Virus record (IMG/VR): IMGVR_UViG_3300032007_000014 | Direction: 5' to 3' (one strand) | Length of the DNA: 64,000 bases | Source: a virus | Lineage: Duplodnaviria; Caudoviricetes | Shown: in pieces, positions 28,856 to 37,618 of the stretch | Layout: each line of letters starts with the position of its first letter | Position numbering within the stretch: position 1 is the first letter of the stretch | Translations under genes and position numbers: made by a program | Notes under the pieces: generated by a model | Database searches by the model: none | What the model was told of the DNA's origin: nothing | Seen by the model: only the letters and a program-made list of their open reading frames with translations

Positions 28856-30100
28856 TTATACCAACTGATTGGTCATGATCTTATTAACCAGTCCGACAGA
28901 ACTTGCTAACAATCTCCAAACCAGATCAGCATAGTACACTTCACCTGTGTTCGTATTTCTGACCCACAGTTCTTCTGTCCAAGTTTTCTCCACCTCCATA
29001 GTTAAATGTCTTGGAGTGATGAAACCAGGTTGTTCATATGCGGAGTTAAGAATGTTCTGAACGACATTATCATTGATGTACGTAGTCTTATCATTCACAA
29101 GAGATGTCTCAATGTTCTTGTAAATGATACGTGCATCATAGTATCGATCTTGCATACCATCTCTTGTATTACCAACTGTGGTAAATTTAAAATCAGTTGC
29201 ATTGAAGCTCAAAACATAATCGATCAAACAATCCATTTCGGATGGATCATAATCAGTACTCGCATATTCGGTGAGAATCTGTAACTTACCAGGTTCTCTG
29301 TTGTATCCTTTCGCAGAAAGTCTTTGCGTTACTTCTGGAAGAATGTCAAGGTTGTAGTTAGATGCCAGATGCATGACAAGTTCACTTGCTTTATGTTTCT
29401 TCATGAACCAGATGGATAATGGATCCAGTTCTCTGAACCAGACTCCAACCAATCCAATCCAATCTTCTTTTGAGCAATAGGTTGAACCCATGAGAATGTC
29501 ATAGACATCAGCATCCAATGCTAATGGATTGCATCCACTTTCAGCAACTGTTGTCAATGTTGCAACCACATCTTGTGGAGATGTGTTTCCTAAACCATAG
29601 GCAATGTCCGGCATATAAATACCGTGTCCGTCACCATAGGTCCGAATGAGAACATCCCGTATATAACGAGAAAGAGATTGCACTCCATAGAACTCACAAG
29701 TATCTGGAATGATGTCAGATGTCACCAACAGTTCATTGATGGAATCGACATAAACTCGAGTAGTTGCAAGTCTTGCTTCAGCAATTGGACCAGATGGCAC
29801 GTGGTTGTTATATGTCTTACACCAGATTGGATACATGTCCAATTCTTCATTTGTTTCAGCGTGACGTAAGGTCGTTAGATTGAGAGGACCTCTTGTCATG
29901 AAAACAATTTCTTTGTATACGGTGTTATAGACATAAACGAGTTTGTACTTGTGCCACATCTTGTCAACCATAATGTCACGACCAAGTATCAACTCATAGT
30001 ACCTTCCAGTTGAACTGCTGAAGTTGTGAAATGCTCTCGTTCCAGAGATTATGATATTTTCGACGTATGCCGTAGGCAACTCAAAAATATATTGAATCAT
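28856..30100 (-). CDS. Hypothetical protein, paralogue of 27570..28802
   Basis: 414 aa, SD AGGAG, similar length and C-terminal motifs. Confidence 0.7.
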   Translation of the reverse strand: MIQYIFELPTAYVENIIISGTRAFHNFSSSTGRYYELILGRDIMVDKMWHKYKLVYVYNTVYKEIVFMTRGPLNLTTLRHAETNEELDMYPIWCKTYNNHVPSGPIAEARLATTRVYVDSINELLVTSDIIPDTCEFYGVQSLSRYIRDVLIRTYGDGHGIYMPDIAYGLGNTSPQDVVATLTTVAESGCNPLALDADVYDILMGSTYCSKEDWIGLVGVWFRELDPLSIWFMKKHKASELVMHLASNYNLDILPEVTQRLSAKGYNREPGKLQILTEYASTDYDPSEMDCLIDYVLSFNATDFKFTTVGNTRDGMQDRYYDARIIYKNIETSLVNDKTTYINDNVVQNILNSAYEQPGFITPRHLTMEVEKTWTEELWVRNTNTGEVYYADLVWRLLASSVGLVNKIMTNQLV

Positions 30101-30172
30101 GTCTGTCTCCTGTTAAAAGAAAGTCATATGACACCAGGACCACCAAGGGTCCGGTGTCATATGATCTATCTC

Positions 30173-31765
30173 TTATTCGTAATCCAAAGCAGATTCGATG
30201 AATGCACACATCTGTCCCGTGATTTCGGCGGATATCTCAATGGTTTTCCCATTCAGATCGTCTTCGTTCATCAGATCCCACAAGAACTCCGGAGTGTTGA
30301 ACACCACATATTGTTTCGTGAGATCGTCAACGATCGACTTCATCTGAGAATCCCATTCTCTTCCATTGGAAGAGATGGCACCACCTTCGAACTTGGCTTT
30401 GCAGTTGTGATAACTGTAGCTCGTTCCATAATTCAACAGGAACAAGCTGTCAGCTTCAGACTGCACAACCTTTACATTCGTTGTTGGTGCTGCGGTCAAG
30501 ATATGTCCAAACAGTTTGTATCCATACGAGAATACGATCATTTGCAGCAACGCCACAAGTCTCGTATAATGAATGGAATCCAATGTCAGGATACCACGAC
30601 CACCACCGATGTCTTTTCCGAAGAATCCACAGGTGACGAACCGATTGATCGAGGATGGGAAGATCGGATGTTTCTCAAAGAACTTGAGACATTCCTCATA
30701 TTCCTTCCAACTGATGTCATATCTCAGGAGATACTTGTTGATCACATCAATCACAGATGCCGCAACAATGATCGGCACATCCATTGTCTTGGATGACACG
30801 ATACTGTCGATTTCCATCTGTGCGATGTTACCACCTTCATCACCAGAAGATGCTCCATATGCAACACGCGTTTTCACTTGTTTGCGATTGGAGTTACTGT
30901 CCTGAGTTCCGACAAGAGTTCTCGCGATACTGTCAGAGAACCTCATAATGTTGGAATCATCTTGAAGAAGATTCACATTGATGAAGTTTCTTACCAACAG
31001 ATTGCTGAAGATGATGAACGCTCTGGTCGATGGAGTATATCCACTGAAGATGGCCGCAGGTTTGTCAACACTGCAACATCCATTGACCGTGTGCTTTAGA
31101 TAGAACTGGAACTTGTCAATCAGTTCCTTGAAATGCATTCTGATGATCGGATTCATCAGAACAACGCATTTCATTTCACGATCTCGTTCGATCTTCTTCT
31201 TTCCATCTTCGACAGACTGAACCGATGGGATATTCGCCATCAGTTCACCAAATACAGGAGCCATCATCTTGCACAGATATGCAACAACGATCAGTTCCCG
31301 CATTTCAGGTTCCTGGAATGTCAGCTCTGCTGTATCCTGAGGACGTTTCCCAAACTTGCTGGTATCGCCCATCTTGATGAATGCTTTGGAATATGAATCG
31401 AACTTCTCGATCAGTCCCAAATCATTGATCAGTTTCAGATAACGTTCACCAAGACTCTCGATGAATGCCGATATTGCAAGAGGACCTTGATCCTTTGGCA
31501 TGTCATGCTTGATTGCGCTGTTGATGTTGCAGAAGCACATCAGAACCTGTTTCTGTTCGACATCAGACAGGTTCCTGAGAACCCAGTTGGTTGCATCAAA
31601 GATAGCACCCCAAACCTCTGGTTTCTCACCATCATTGCTGATCTTCTTGTACGTCGAACAATGGAATGTGAGATACGGCTCAATCGCGTCACGTTCTGGA
31701 AGTTCCATTTCTGGATCAAGATAGACAACGATCTGAGTTCCTTCAACTTTTGGCCTAAAAATCAT
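30173..31765 (-). CDS. Non-virion RNAP promoter-specificity subunit (phiKZ gp68-like)
   Basis: 530 aa from ATG 31765 (SD AAGGAG); helical; TAELTF...E..EL......KMMAPVFGE pattern; synteny. Confidence 0.65.
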   Translation of the reverse strand: MIFRPKVEGTQIVVYLDPEMELPERDAIEPYLTFHCSTYKKISNDGEKPEVWGAIFDATNWVLRNLSDVEQKQVLMCFCNINSAIKHDMPKDQGPLAISAFIESLGERYLKLINDLGLIEKFDSYSKAFIKMGDTSKFGKRPQDTAELTFQEPEMRELIVVAYLCKMMAPVFGELMANIPSVQSVEDGKKKIERDREMKCVVLMNPIIRMHFKELIDKFQFYLKHTVNGCCSVDKPAAIFSGYTPSTRAFIIFSNLLVRNFINVNLLQDDSNIMRFSDSIARTLVGTQDSNSNRKQVKTRVAYGASSGDEGGNIAQMEIDSIVSSKTMDVPIIVAASVIDVINKYLLRYDISWKEYEECLKFFEKHPIFPSSINRFVTCGFFGKDIGGGRGILTLDSIHYTRLVALLQMIVFSYGYKLFGHILTAAPTTNVKVVQSEADSLFLLNYGTSYSYHNCKAKFEGGAISSNGREWDSQMKSIVDDLTKQYVVFNTPEFLWDLMNEDDLNGKTIEISAEITGQMCAFIESALDYE

Positions 31766-31822
31766 TGAAATTCTCCTTGTATGAAATTTAAGTTGATTTA
31801 CACGAGTTTCCTTCACATATTT

Positions 31823-31875
31823 GTAATATATGCTCATCTGTCGGTTGGACATTGGATTTCAATTCGTGCAATATA
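31823..31875 (-). promoter_or_regulatory. TATATTAC (31823-31830) and variant TATATTGC (31868-31875) early promoter motifs
   Basis: One exact and one single-mismatch match upstream of the gp68-like gene. Confidence 0.6.
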
Positions 31876-31941
31876 TGTTCGGAGTATGTAAAAATAAAAT
31901 ACTCTTGTCCTAGGATAACCTAGGACAAGAGCACTTATTTG

Positions 31942-32472
31942 TCACTTTGATTCTTTGCGATAGATCCACGGTGGAACAGGATTGTCGTCAACCCAAATTC
32001 CTCGTTTCTCATTCTTTGCAACATGTTCGTGGAATCTGATGATATTGCTGACAGGTCTTGTCTGTGGGTAATACCAAGCGTATCCATCAAGCACCATGCG
32101 TTCATTCACACAATCGTTGTCACTGTACATAACACAGATGATGCGATTGTACTTGTCAGATCCAACTCGTTGAAGTGTGATCGTTTTATTTTCAATCAAC
32201 TTGGCGAGATGTTCTTTGCATTTGTGTCCGAACATCTGAGTTGTTTCAGGTGCATCGATTCCATACAGTCTGACTCTGTATGATACTCCTTTGTCTCTCA
32301 CATCCAAAGTATCACCATCAACTACTCTTTCAACGATGATCGGATGATGTTGATATTCAAGAGCTGACACTTGTTTATCAGTTCCTGATGTAAGAATGAG
32401 TGCGAAGAAGATGAATACAATGAACACGACTGCAAACATTGCGGATGTGCTTCCGGTTCCTTTAAGATTCAT
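31942..32472 (-). CDS. Membrane-anchored or secreted thermonuclease (SNase family)
   Basis: VVDGDTL, VRLYGIDAPE, DKYNR and GIW....PVPPWIYR; N-terminal hydrophobic segment; ATG 32472 with SD GGAGG. Confidence 0.9.
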   Translation of the reverse strand: MNLKGTGSTSAMFAVVFIVFIFFALILTSGTDKQVSALEYQHHPIIVERVVDGDTLDVRDKGVSYRVRLYGIDAPETTQMFGHKCKEHLAKLIENKTITLQRVGSDKYNRIICVMYSDNDCVNERMVLDGYAWYYPQTRPVSNIIRFHEHVAKNEKRGIWVDDNPVPPWIYRKESK

Positions 32473-32563
32473 ATGACTCAACCTCCTTATTTTGAAATAT
32501 AAAAGATTGATTAGGGTATCGGGTGAGAGATCACCCGATACCCTGTGACTCATATGATGGCAC

Positions 32564-33160
32564 TTACCAAGGAATGTCTCCTTCGCTCGATGCAGGTGCG
32601 GACTGCTGTGGAGCAGGACTTCCACCACCTGCATTTCCGCCGCCGTTACCACCACGGTTGTTCGGATCGAATTTCTCGTCACACCACGGAAGCATGGCGT
32701 ACGTACGATCGAGCCACTGTTCGATAACGTCGAGCTGGACTCCGCTCTTGCCGGCTTCGCTCATCGGATCAGCTCCGATCGAAACACCGCTCTTGCCTTT
32801 CAGCAGGAAGTCGAACGACATGTTGTTCCTGCAGTTGGTCAGGATCAGATGGTAGCACATTTTGCTGTCCTTCTGAAGAGTGATGACCCAGTCAAGGACG
32901 AACTGCTTCGTGTTGGGATCGAAGCGTTCCGCTTTGATTGGAATCTTCGTATCCGGCGCAGATTCACGGACCTTCTTGATCAGTTTTCGAAACATGTTGT
33001 ACGTGAAGTCATCCATGCTCGCAGAGAACGGCGGTTTGCCGCCGCCTTTCGTGAACACGGTGATGTGGATGTTTCCGCGGAATGGTTTGATGGACAGGGT
33101 TTCTCCGGACTGACGATTCTGGATCGACAGTGGACGGAAGTACGGGCGATCTTCGTTCAT
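32564..33160 (-). CDS. phiKZ gp67-position protein, probable single-stranded DNA-binding protein
   Basis: Beta-rich core, Gly/Asn/Pro linker and terminal EGDIPW resembling the bacterial SSB tail; biased codons. Confidence 0.55.
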   Translation of the reverse strand: MNEDRPYFRPLSIQNRQSGETLSIKPFRGNIHITVFTKGGGKPPFSASMDDFTYNMFRKLIKKVRESAPDTKIPIKAERFDPNTKQFVLDWVITLQKDSKMCYHLILTNCRNNMSFDFLLKGKSGVSIGADPMSEAGKSGVQLDVIEQWLDRTYAMLPWCDEKFDPNNRGGNGGGNAGGGSPAPQQSAPASSEGDIPW

Positions 33161-33191
33161 GATGATTGACTCCTATAGTTGGGTTGTTTGT

Positions 33192-34052
33192 TCAAAGTGT
33201 ATAAGGTAGTGTGAAATTGTTTTTTGATAATTTGTCCATCACGTAGTCACGTGTGCGGAGGTTCAATCCACCCAATTCACACATCTCAATGAATGCTTTC
33301 TTTTCCTTTGGTTTGAGCGTTCCTTTGATCAGATCCTTATCACCAAGTAGTATCAATGACAAAGGATAGAACGGAATGTTCCTATTCTTGAAAACAGATT
33401 CAGAGAGTTTATCCCTATCGTTCTCAATTACAGCTCCAGTGAAACTCTTGAAGATTGCACCAGTCAGTTCTCTTCCTCCAAACATAAAGTAATCCAGTGG
33501 ATAATGACTCATCAGTAAAACACGATGCTGTCCACCAGATGATTTATGTCCTTCAGCAAGTTTCTTATAACTTGGTGTGTTTGCTTCAATGTGTTGTAAA
33601 ACAACGTTGATCGTTGGACAATCGTTCTGAAAGTACGATCTTGTTGGGAACTGTTTCTTGAACATAGCAAGTGCATCTTGTATTTTCGCCTTCTCAATGG
33701 AATCCCTACTCTTGAGATACTGTTGTGGTATCATTCTCGAATAGGTCTCCGTGTAGAAAACAATGAACTGAGCGACTTGCTTGTTCATCAGATACAAGTT
33801 TTCACTCAGTTCAGTCATGATTCCTTGCATATCTTCATTGACAACATCAACAAGTTGTTGGAGTTTCTTGTTCTTATCCCATCTGTTTCGGATGAGAGTT
33901 TCGACATTGATGTAGATCAAATACCCTTTCGGATACTTGTTCTTCTTGATGTACTCCAACATCTTGTCAATGACAATTGTCGTACCAAAGGAATATCTGC
34001 CCTCCTCAACACGAGAAGGGCTTTTGAACATGTTCAGTGGGAAAAATCCCAT
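33192..34052 (-). CDS. phiKZ gp66-position protein, possible FEN/PIN-like fold
   Basis: IYINVETLIRN, MSHYPLD and LGDKD motifs; synteny. Confidence 0.5.
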   Translation of the reverse strand: MGFFPLNMFKSPSRVEEGRYSFGTTIVIDKMLEYIKKNKYPKGYLIYINVETLIRNRWDKNKKLQQLVDVVNEDMQGIMTELSENLYLMNKQVAQFIVFYTETYSRMIPQQYLKSRDSIEKAKIQDALAMFKKQFPTRSYFQNDCPTINVVLQHIEANTPSYKKLAEGHKSSGGQHRVLLMSHYPLDYFMFGGRELTGAIFKSFTGAVIENDRDKLSESVFKNRNIPFYPLSLILLGDKDLIKGTLKPKEKKAFIEMCELGGLNLRTRDYVMDKLSKNNFTLPYTL

Positions 34053-35221
34053 TAGACCTTCTCCTTGTTGAGTAATTTGTCACATGTAGTGAGAACTGAT
34101 GTAACATCCTGGAGGGTGACATTGTTGTGACATTTTTGCGCAATTGGAAGAATCAATTCCCCGAGATTTCCAGGAGTAATAACGGGTAATTCATCCAATT
34201 CTGTATTCACGTTCTCGATGACTTGTTCTTTGGTTGAGATGATGTTCTTGTCAATCACAACATCCTCGTACTTTGTCCTTGCATATTGTGAACATGCTTC
34301 AGTCAATGACGCATCATCCGATATCAATCGGATGTGTAACTGATCCACTAACTTTGGCTTGTTCTCTACAAGTGCGTCATACCAATGTTGAAATCTCACG
34401 AACTCAGTTCCATCTGTACCATCCTTCAATCGAATGGTCTTGAATGGACATGCGTCTTCATTCACAATGAATTCACATGAGAAAACACCATCTCGTTCTC
34501 TGATGAAGCAGTATCCTTTCTTGGCATCTTCTTCACCATGCGCAAAGCAGTCAAATGATCCGATGGATATAACACCAGATGCAGTTGCAACTGCTTTATG
34601 AACATGTCCTGACAAACAGATACCATGTGGAATGATCTTCTCTTTCAGAACATTGGCGTATAGCACGTTCTTAGGAGTAGGTATCCCTTCTGGTAACATG
34701 AAGTCGAGATATCCATGATTGATCAGTATGTCAACGGAAGATAGTTGATTGTCTCGCAACAACTTCTCCATCTCTTCAATTTGATTCTCATATGGTAAGT
34801 TATCGGGAGTGTACATGACCCATTTGTCAACGGACTCGATATGTTCAAGTCCCATGGTTTCATATACCTTGACAACATCCAAATCTTTGTATCGTTTGTT
34901 GAAGAAACGGCATTGATTGCGATCATGTGTGTATGTTCCTCGAATAACTCTGATCAAGAATCCATACTCCAATGCCATCGCAACGAGATCATCAATGATC
35001 GTTACTGCGATGATACTGGATTCTGTATTCATGGTTAGAAGAGTATCGAAGAAATCACCACATACAAACAATACATCAACTTTGTCTTCATCATCAGGTT
35101 TCTTCCGAAGTCTTGGATACAAGTATCTCTTTAACTTCAGATAGAGTTCTCTGGTTGACATACGTGGATTTCCAATATGCACATCTGCGATGGCAATGTA
35201 GTTGTGAGAGATCACTCCCAC
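34052..35221 (-). CDS. SbcD/Mre11-like metallophosphoesterase nuclease
   Basis: ADVHIG, GDFFD, GTYTHD, NHG and SGHVH motifs. Confidence 0.88.
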   Translation of the reverse strand: MGVISHNYIAIADVHIGNPRMSTRELYLKLKRYLYPRLRKKPDDEDKVDVLFVCGDFFDTLLTMNTESSIIAVTIIDDLVAMALEYGFLIRVIRGTYTHDRNQCRFFNKRYKDLDVVKVYETMGLEHIESVDKWVMYTPDNLPYENQIEEMEKLLRDNQLSSVDILINHGYLDFMLPEGIPTPKNVLYANVLKEKIIPHGICLSGHVHKAVATASGVISIGSFDCFAHGEEDAKKGYCFIRERDGVFSCEFIVNEDACPFKTIRLKDGTDGTEFVRFQHWYDALVENKPKLVDQLHIRLISDDASLTEACSQYARTKYEDVVIDKNIISTKEQVIENVNTELDELPVITPGNLGELILPIAQKCHNNVTLQDVTSVLTTCDKLLNKEKV

Positions 35222-35832
35222 TCCATATCTTCAGTCATCTGAGCAGGTGATTCTTCAGATGACTCATGTCGTTCGATCTTGTTCACTTGTTCAGCATAAG
35301 CACGTTTCTGTTCATCCGTATATGTTCCAGAATTGGCTTTACGTATGGCTGCTACAATAGCATCCTTAACGATACCAGTTCTGTCATTCATAGGAGTTGC
35401 AGATCTAGTTGTATTCATGAACATGGTCATCAGATCAGAAGCATTGCCTCCAAGTTGACCGATCTCCACAACGGATTTGAATACAGGAGGAAGTTCTGTG
35501 ATAAGTTTGTGCTTCTTCTTATCACCAGGCCAATACACACCTTGTTCACTGTTATCGTACTCTCCATAGGAGATGATCTTCAGTGGATGGTACATACTGA
35601 ACTTCATCTGATATTCCATTGTCAACTTCTGAAGTTGCTCTTCCGTGAGACGTTTGAACATCTCTTTGTTGAACAAGGGAAGGAAATGCTTAGCTTCCAC
35701 TTCTGTAATGACGTTCTTACCAGGAAGGACCTCGTTCAAGAACTGCGAACAACTGTCGAGTAATGTATCGTGAGGTTTTGCTCCCTCACCATCATCGAAC
35801 TCTCTCATACGACGTTCTTGTTCAGGAGTCAT
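35212..35832 (-). CDS. Conserved-position hypothetical protein
   Basis: 206 aa, overlapping neighbours within the core block. Confidence 0.65.
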   Translation of the reverse strand: MTPEQERRMREFDDGEGAKPHDTLLDSCSQFLNEVLPGKNVITEVEAKHFLPLFNKEMFKRLTEEQLQKLTMEYQMKFSMYHPLKIISYGEYDNSEQGVYWPGDKKKHKLITELPPVFKSVVEIGQLGGNASDLMTMFMNTTRSATPMNDRTGIVKDAIVAAIRKANSGTYTDEQKRAYAEQVNKIERHESSEESPAQMTEDMEWE

Positions 35833-36242
35833 GATAACACTTCTCCTTCCGCATGGATGGTGAAGTCACCATCTGCGTTAACTTCGATCATGTGTCTGCG
35901 ACAGATCGGCTGTCCATTGTTGTCAGAGATATCGATCGATATGGAGTATTTGCCAGATCCATCGGTCTCTTCTTCATAGGTGGCGTTGACATTGTACTGC
36001 TCTGGAAAATAATGATCCATAGCAACCTTCAGTCGATTGCTTATCTCACGACACAGATCATCAGGTGATTTTCCATATACAGCTTCCAGTTCTCGGAATG
36101 AGATCATCTCATCTTCAAGTTGACTGCTGGTTGCACCAGGATTGGCGAATGTCCAGCGAATCAGATACAGTGCAACATCTGTGGGAGATTTCAGTATCCC
36201 ATGTGTTGCATTGTGGAATGTAGGAACAACAGCAGATCCCAT
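35829..36242 (-). CDS. Putative baseplate wedge / sheath-initiator protein (gp25-like)
   Basis: VPT.....G......SFREL...YG......EI...L......YF pattern; 137 aa. Confidence 0.5.
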   Translation of the reverse strand: MGSAVVPTFHNATHGILKSPTDVALYLIRWTFANPGATSSQLEDEMISFRELEAVYGKSPDDLCREISNRLKVAMDHYFPEQYNVNATYEEETDGSGKYSISIDISDNNGQPICRRHMIEVNADGDFTIHAEGEVLS

Positions 36243-36731
36243 TTATTCATCCTTCTCTGTTGTAGTGGTTATGGTGTCATACAATCTCTCGATCTCAACA
36301 AGATGCGGACGTATTTCATTGAAGAGTTCTTTGAGATTGTCCATGTCGAAGTTGCTCGTGCGAACATAGATTGCATCCGACATATTGATCGGTGCAATAG
36401 ATATGTCGCAGATTCTGTATTTGTCATGGACACCCATCTTAACCTTGACACCTTTCACAACATCTTCACGATGGATAGGTTTCTCAACGATAAGATAGGT
36501 TCCATTCTGGAATGTCTGGACGATGTCTCCAGTATCGGGTTCTTTACAAGGATTGTCTCCAAGTAATGCGTTGATCTTCCCGATGTCGAACATCTCGTCA
36601 ACCAGACACACGTTCGTTGCGGCTCCTGCCAGACTGAGCCACCGAAGCATAGCAGGGATATCCTTTTCAGGATATCGCTGTTGTAAATGTTCGAATGTTT
36701 TGTCTCTTGATAATAGTACACGATGTGACAT
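36243..36731 (-). CDS. Hypothetical protein
   Basis: 162-aa ORF abutting the downstream gene. Confidence 0.65.
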   Translation of the reverse strand: MSHRVLLSRDKTFEHLQQRYPEKDIPAMLRWLSLAGAATNVCLVDEMFDIGKINALLGDNPCKEPDTGDIVQTFQNGTYLIVEKPIHREDVVKGVKVKMGVHDKYRICDISIAPINMSDAIYVRTSNFDMDNLKELFNEIRPHLVEIERLYDTITTTTEKDE

Positions 36732-36840
36732 AGTTGTCTCTTCAGTTGATTCAGGATTTATGTTGATTTAAGCAAAAAAGAAGAACTGACACAACTAGGT
36801 AGGAACAACGTAACCTTAGTTGTATCAGTCCTTTACAGTC

Positions 36841-37500
36841 TTATTCTTCGACTTTCTTCAATGTGCGAATCTTACCCATACGATTGGGTACATCCGTCAA
36901 ATCAAGATTGTCACCATCCTCCGACAACTGACGTTCCAGTTCCTCAGCGATCCATTCTCTCGACGATCTCAACAGAGACAATTCATCAAAGTTGTAGATC
37001 GGATCACCAGATCTGAATGTCCAGCTGATCGGTGCTTCTCTGTCATAGTTGGGATCCAATGTGCTGAAACTTCCGTTCTCCAGAAGTCTTCCAACAACAT
37101 CTTCCTGTGGGAGATCTTGCGGTTCAACACCCCAACCACGGATCATGCCTTCATCATAGAGTTTCCTCATCTGAGGCATGGTCAAGATAGCTTGATACAT
37201 ACACGGAGGTACCTGTTCAAGATCTTCCAGACTTTCGATCGGAAGGATCTTGTTCGGTCTCAATGTCACATCCAATGTTCTTTCGACGGCATGGAATGCT
37301 TCATTGTCACGTGCTGTGATGGTTTGTGTGAATGCGGCATACCTGTCACCCCATACAGACTGTCCGAACAAGACACCAGATCCGTTCGTGTTCCATACAG
37401 AGTTCAGTTTGTCAAGAACAGCTTGCTGTCCATAATTGCCGCCAAGATATGCACCAAGCGGGATTGCTGTTGGCATATCCAAGACTCTCAATACTTGCAT
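36841..37500 (-). CDS. Conserved-position protein (phiKZ gp59-like)
   Basis: 219 aa, SD AGGAGG, P.MRKLY..G.I.GW and DLTD motifs; follows the RNAP beta' N-half gene. Confidence 0.55.
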   Translation of the reverse strand: MQVLRVLDMPTAIPLGAYLGGNYGQQAVLDKLNSVWNTNGSGVLFGQSVWGDRYAAFTQTITARDNEAFHAVERTLDVTLRPNKILPIESLEDLEQVPPCMYQAILTMPQMRKLYDEGMIRGWGVEPQDLPQEDVVGRLLENGSFSTLDPNYDREAPISWTFRSGDPIYNFDELSLLRSSREWIAEELERQLSEDGDNLDLTDVPNRMGKIRTLKKVEE

Positions 37501-37618
37501 TGTGTCGACCTCCTGTGATTGAGTTATTTAAGTCATAATGTAGTTCTTCGACATACAAAATTACAAGGATGGATGGGATTAATTTCCCATCCATCCTCGT
37601 GATATATGTCCAATCACT

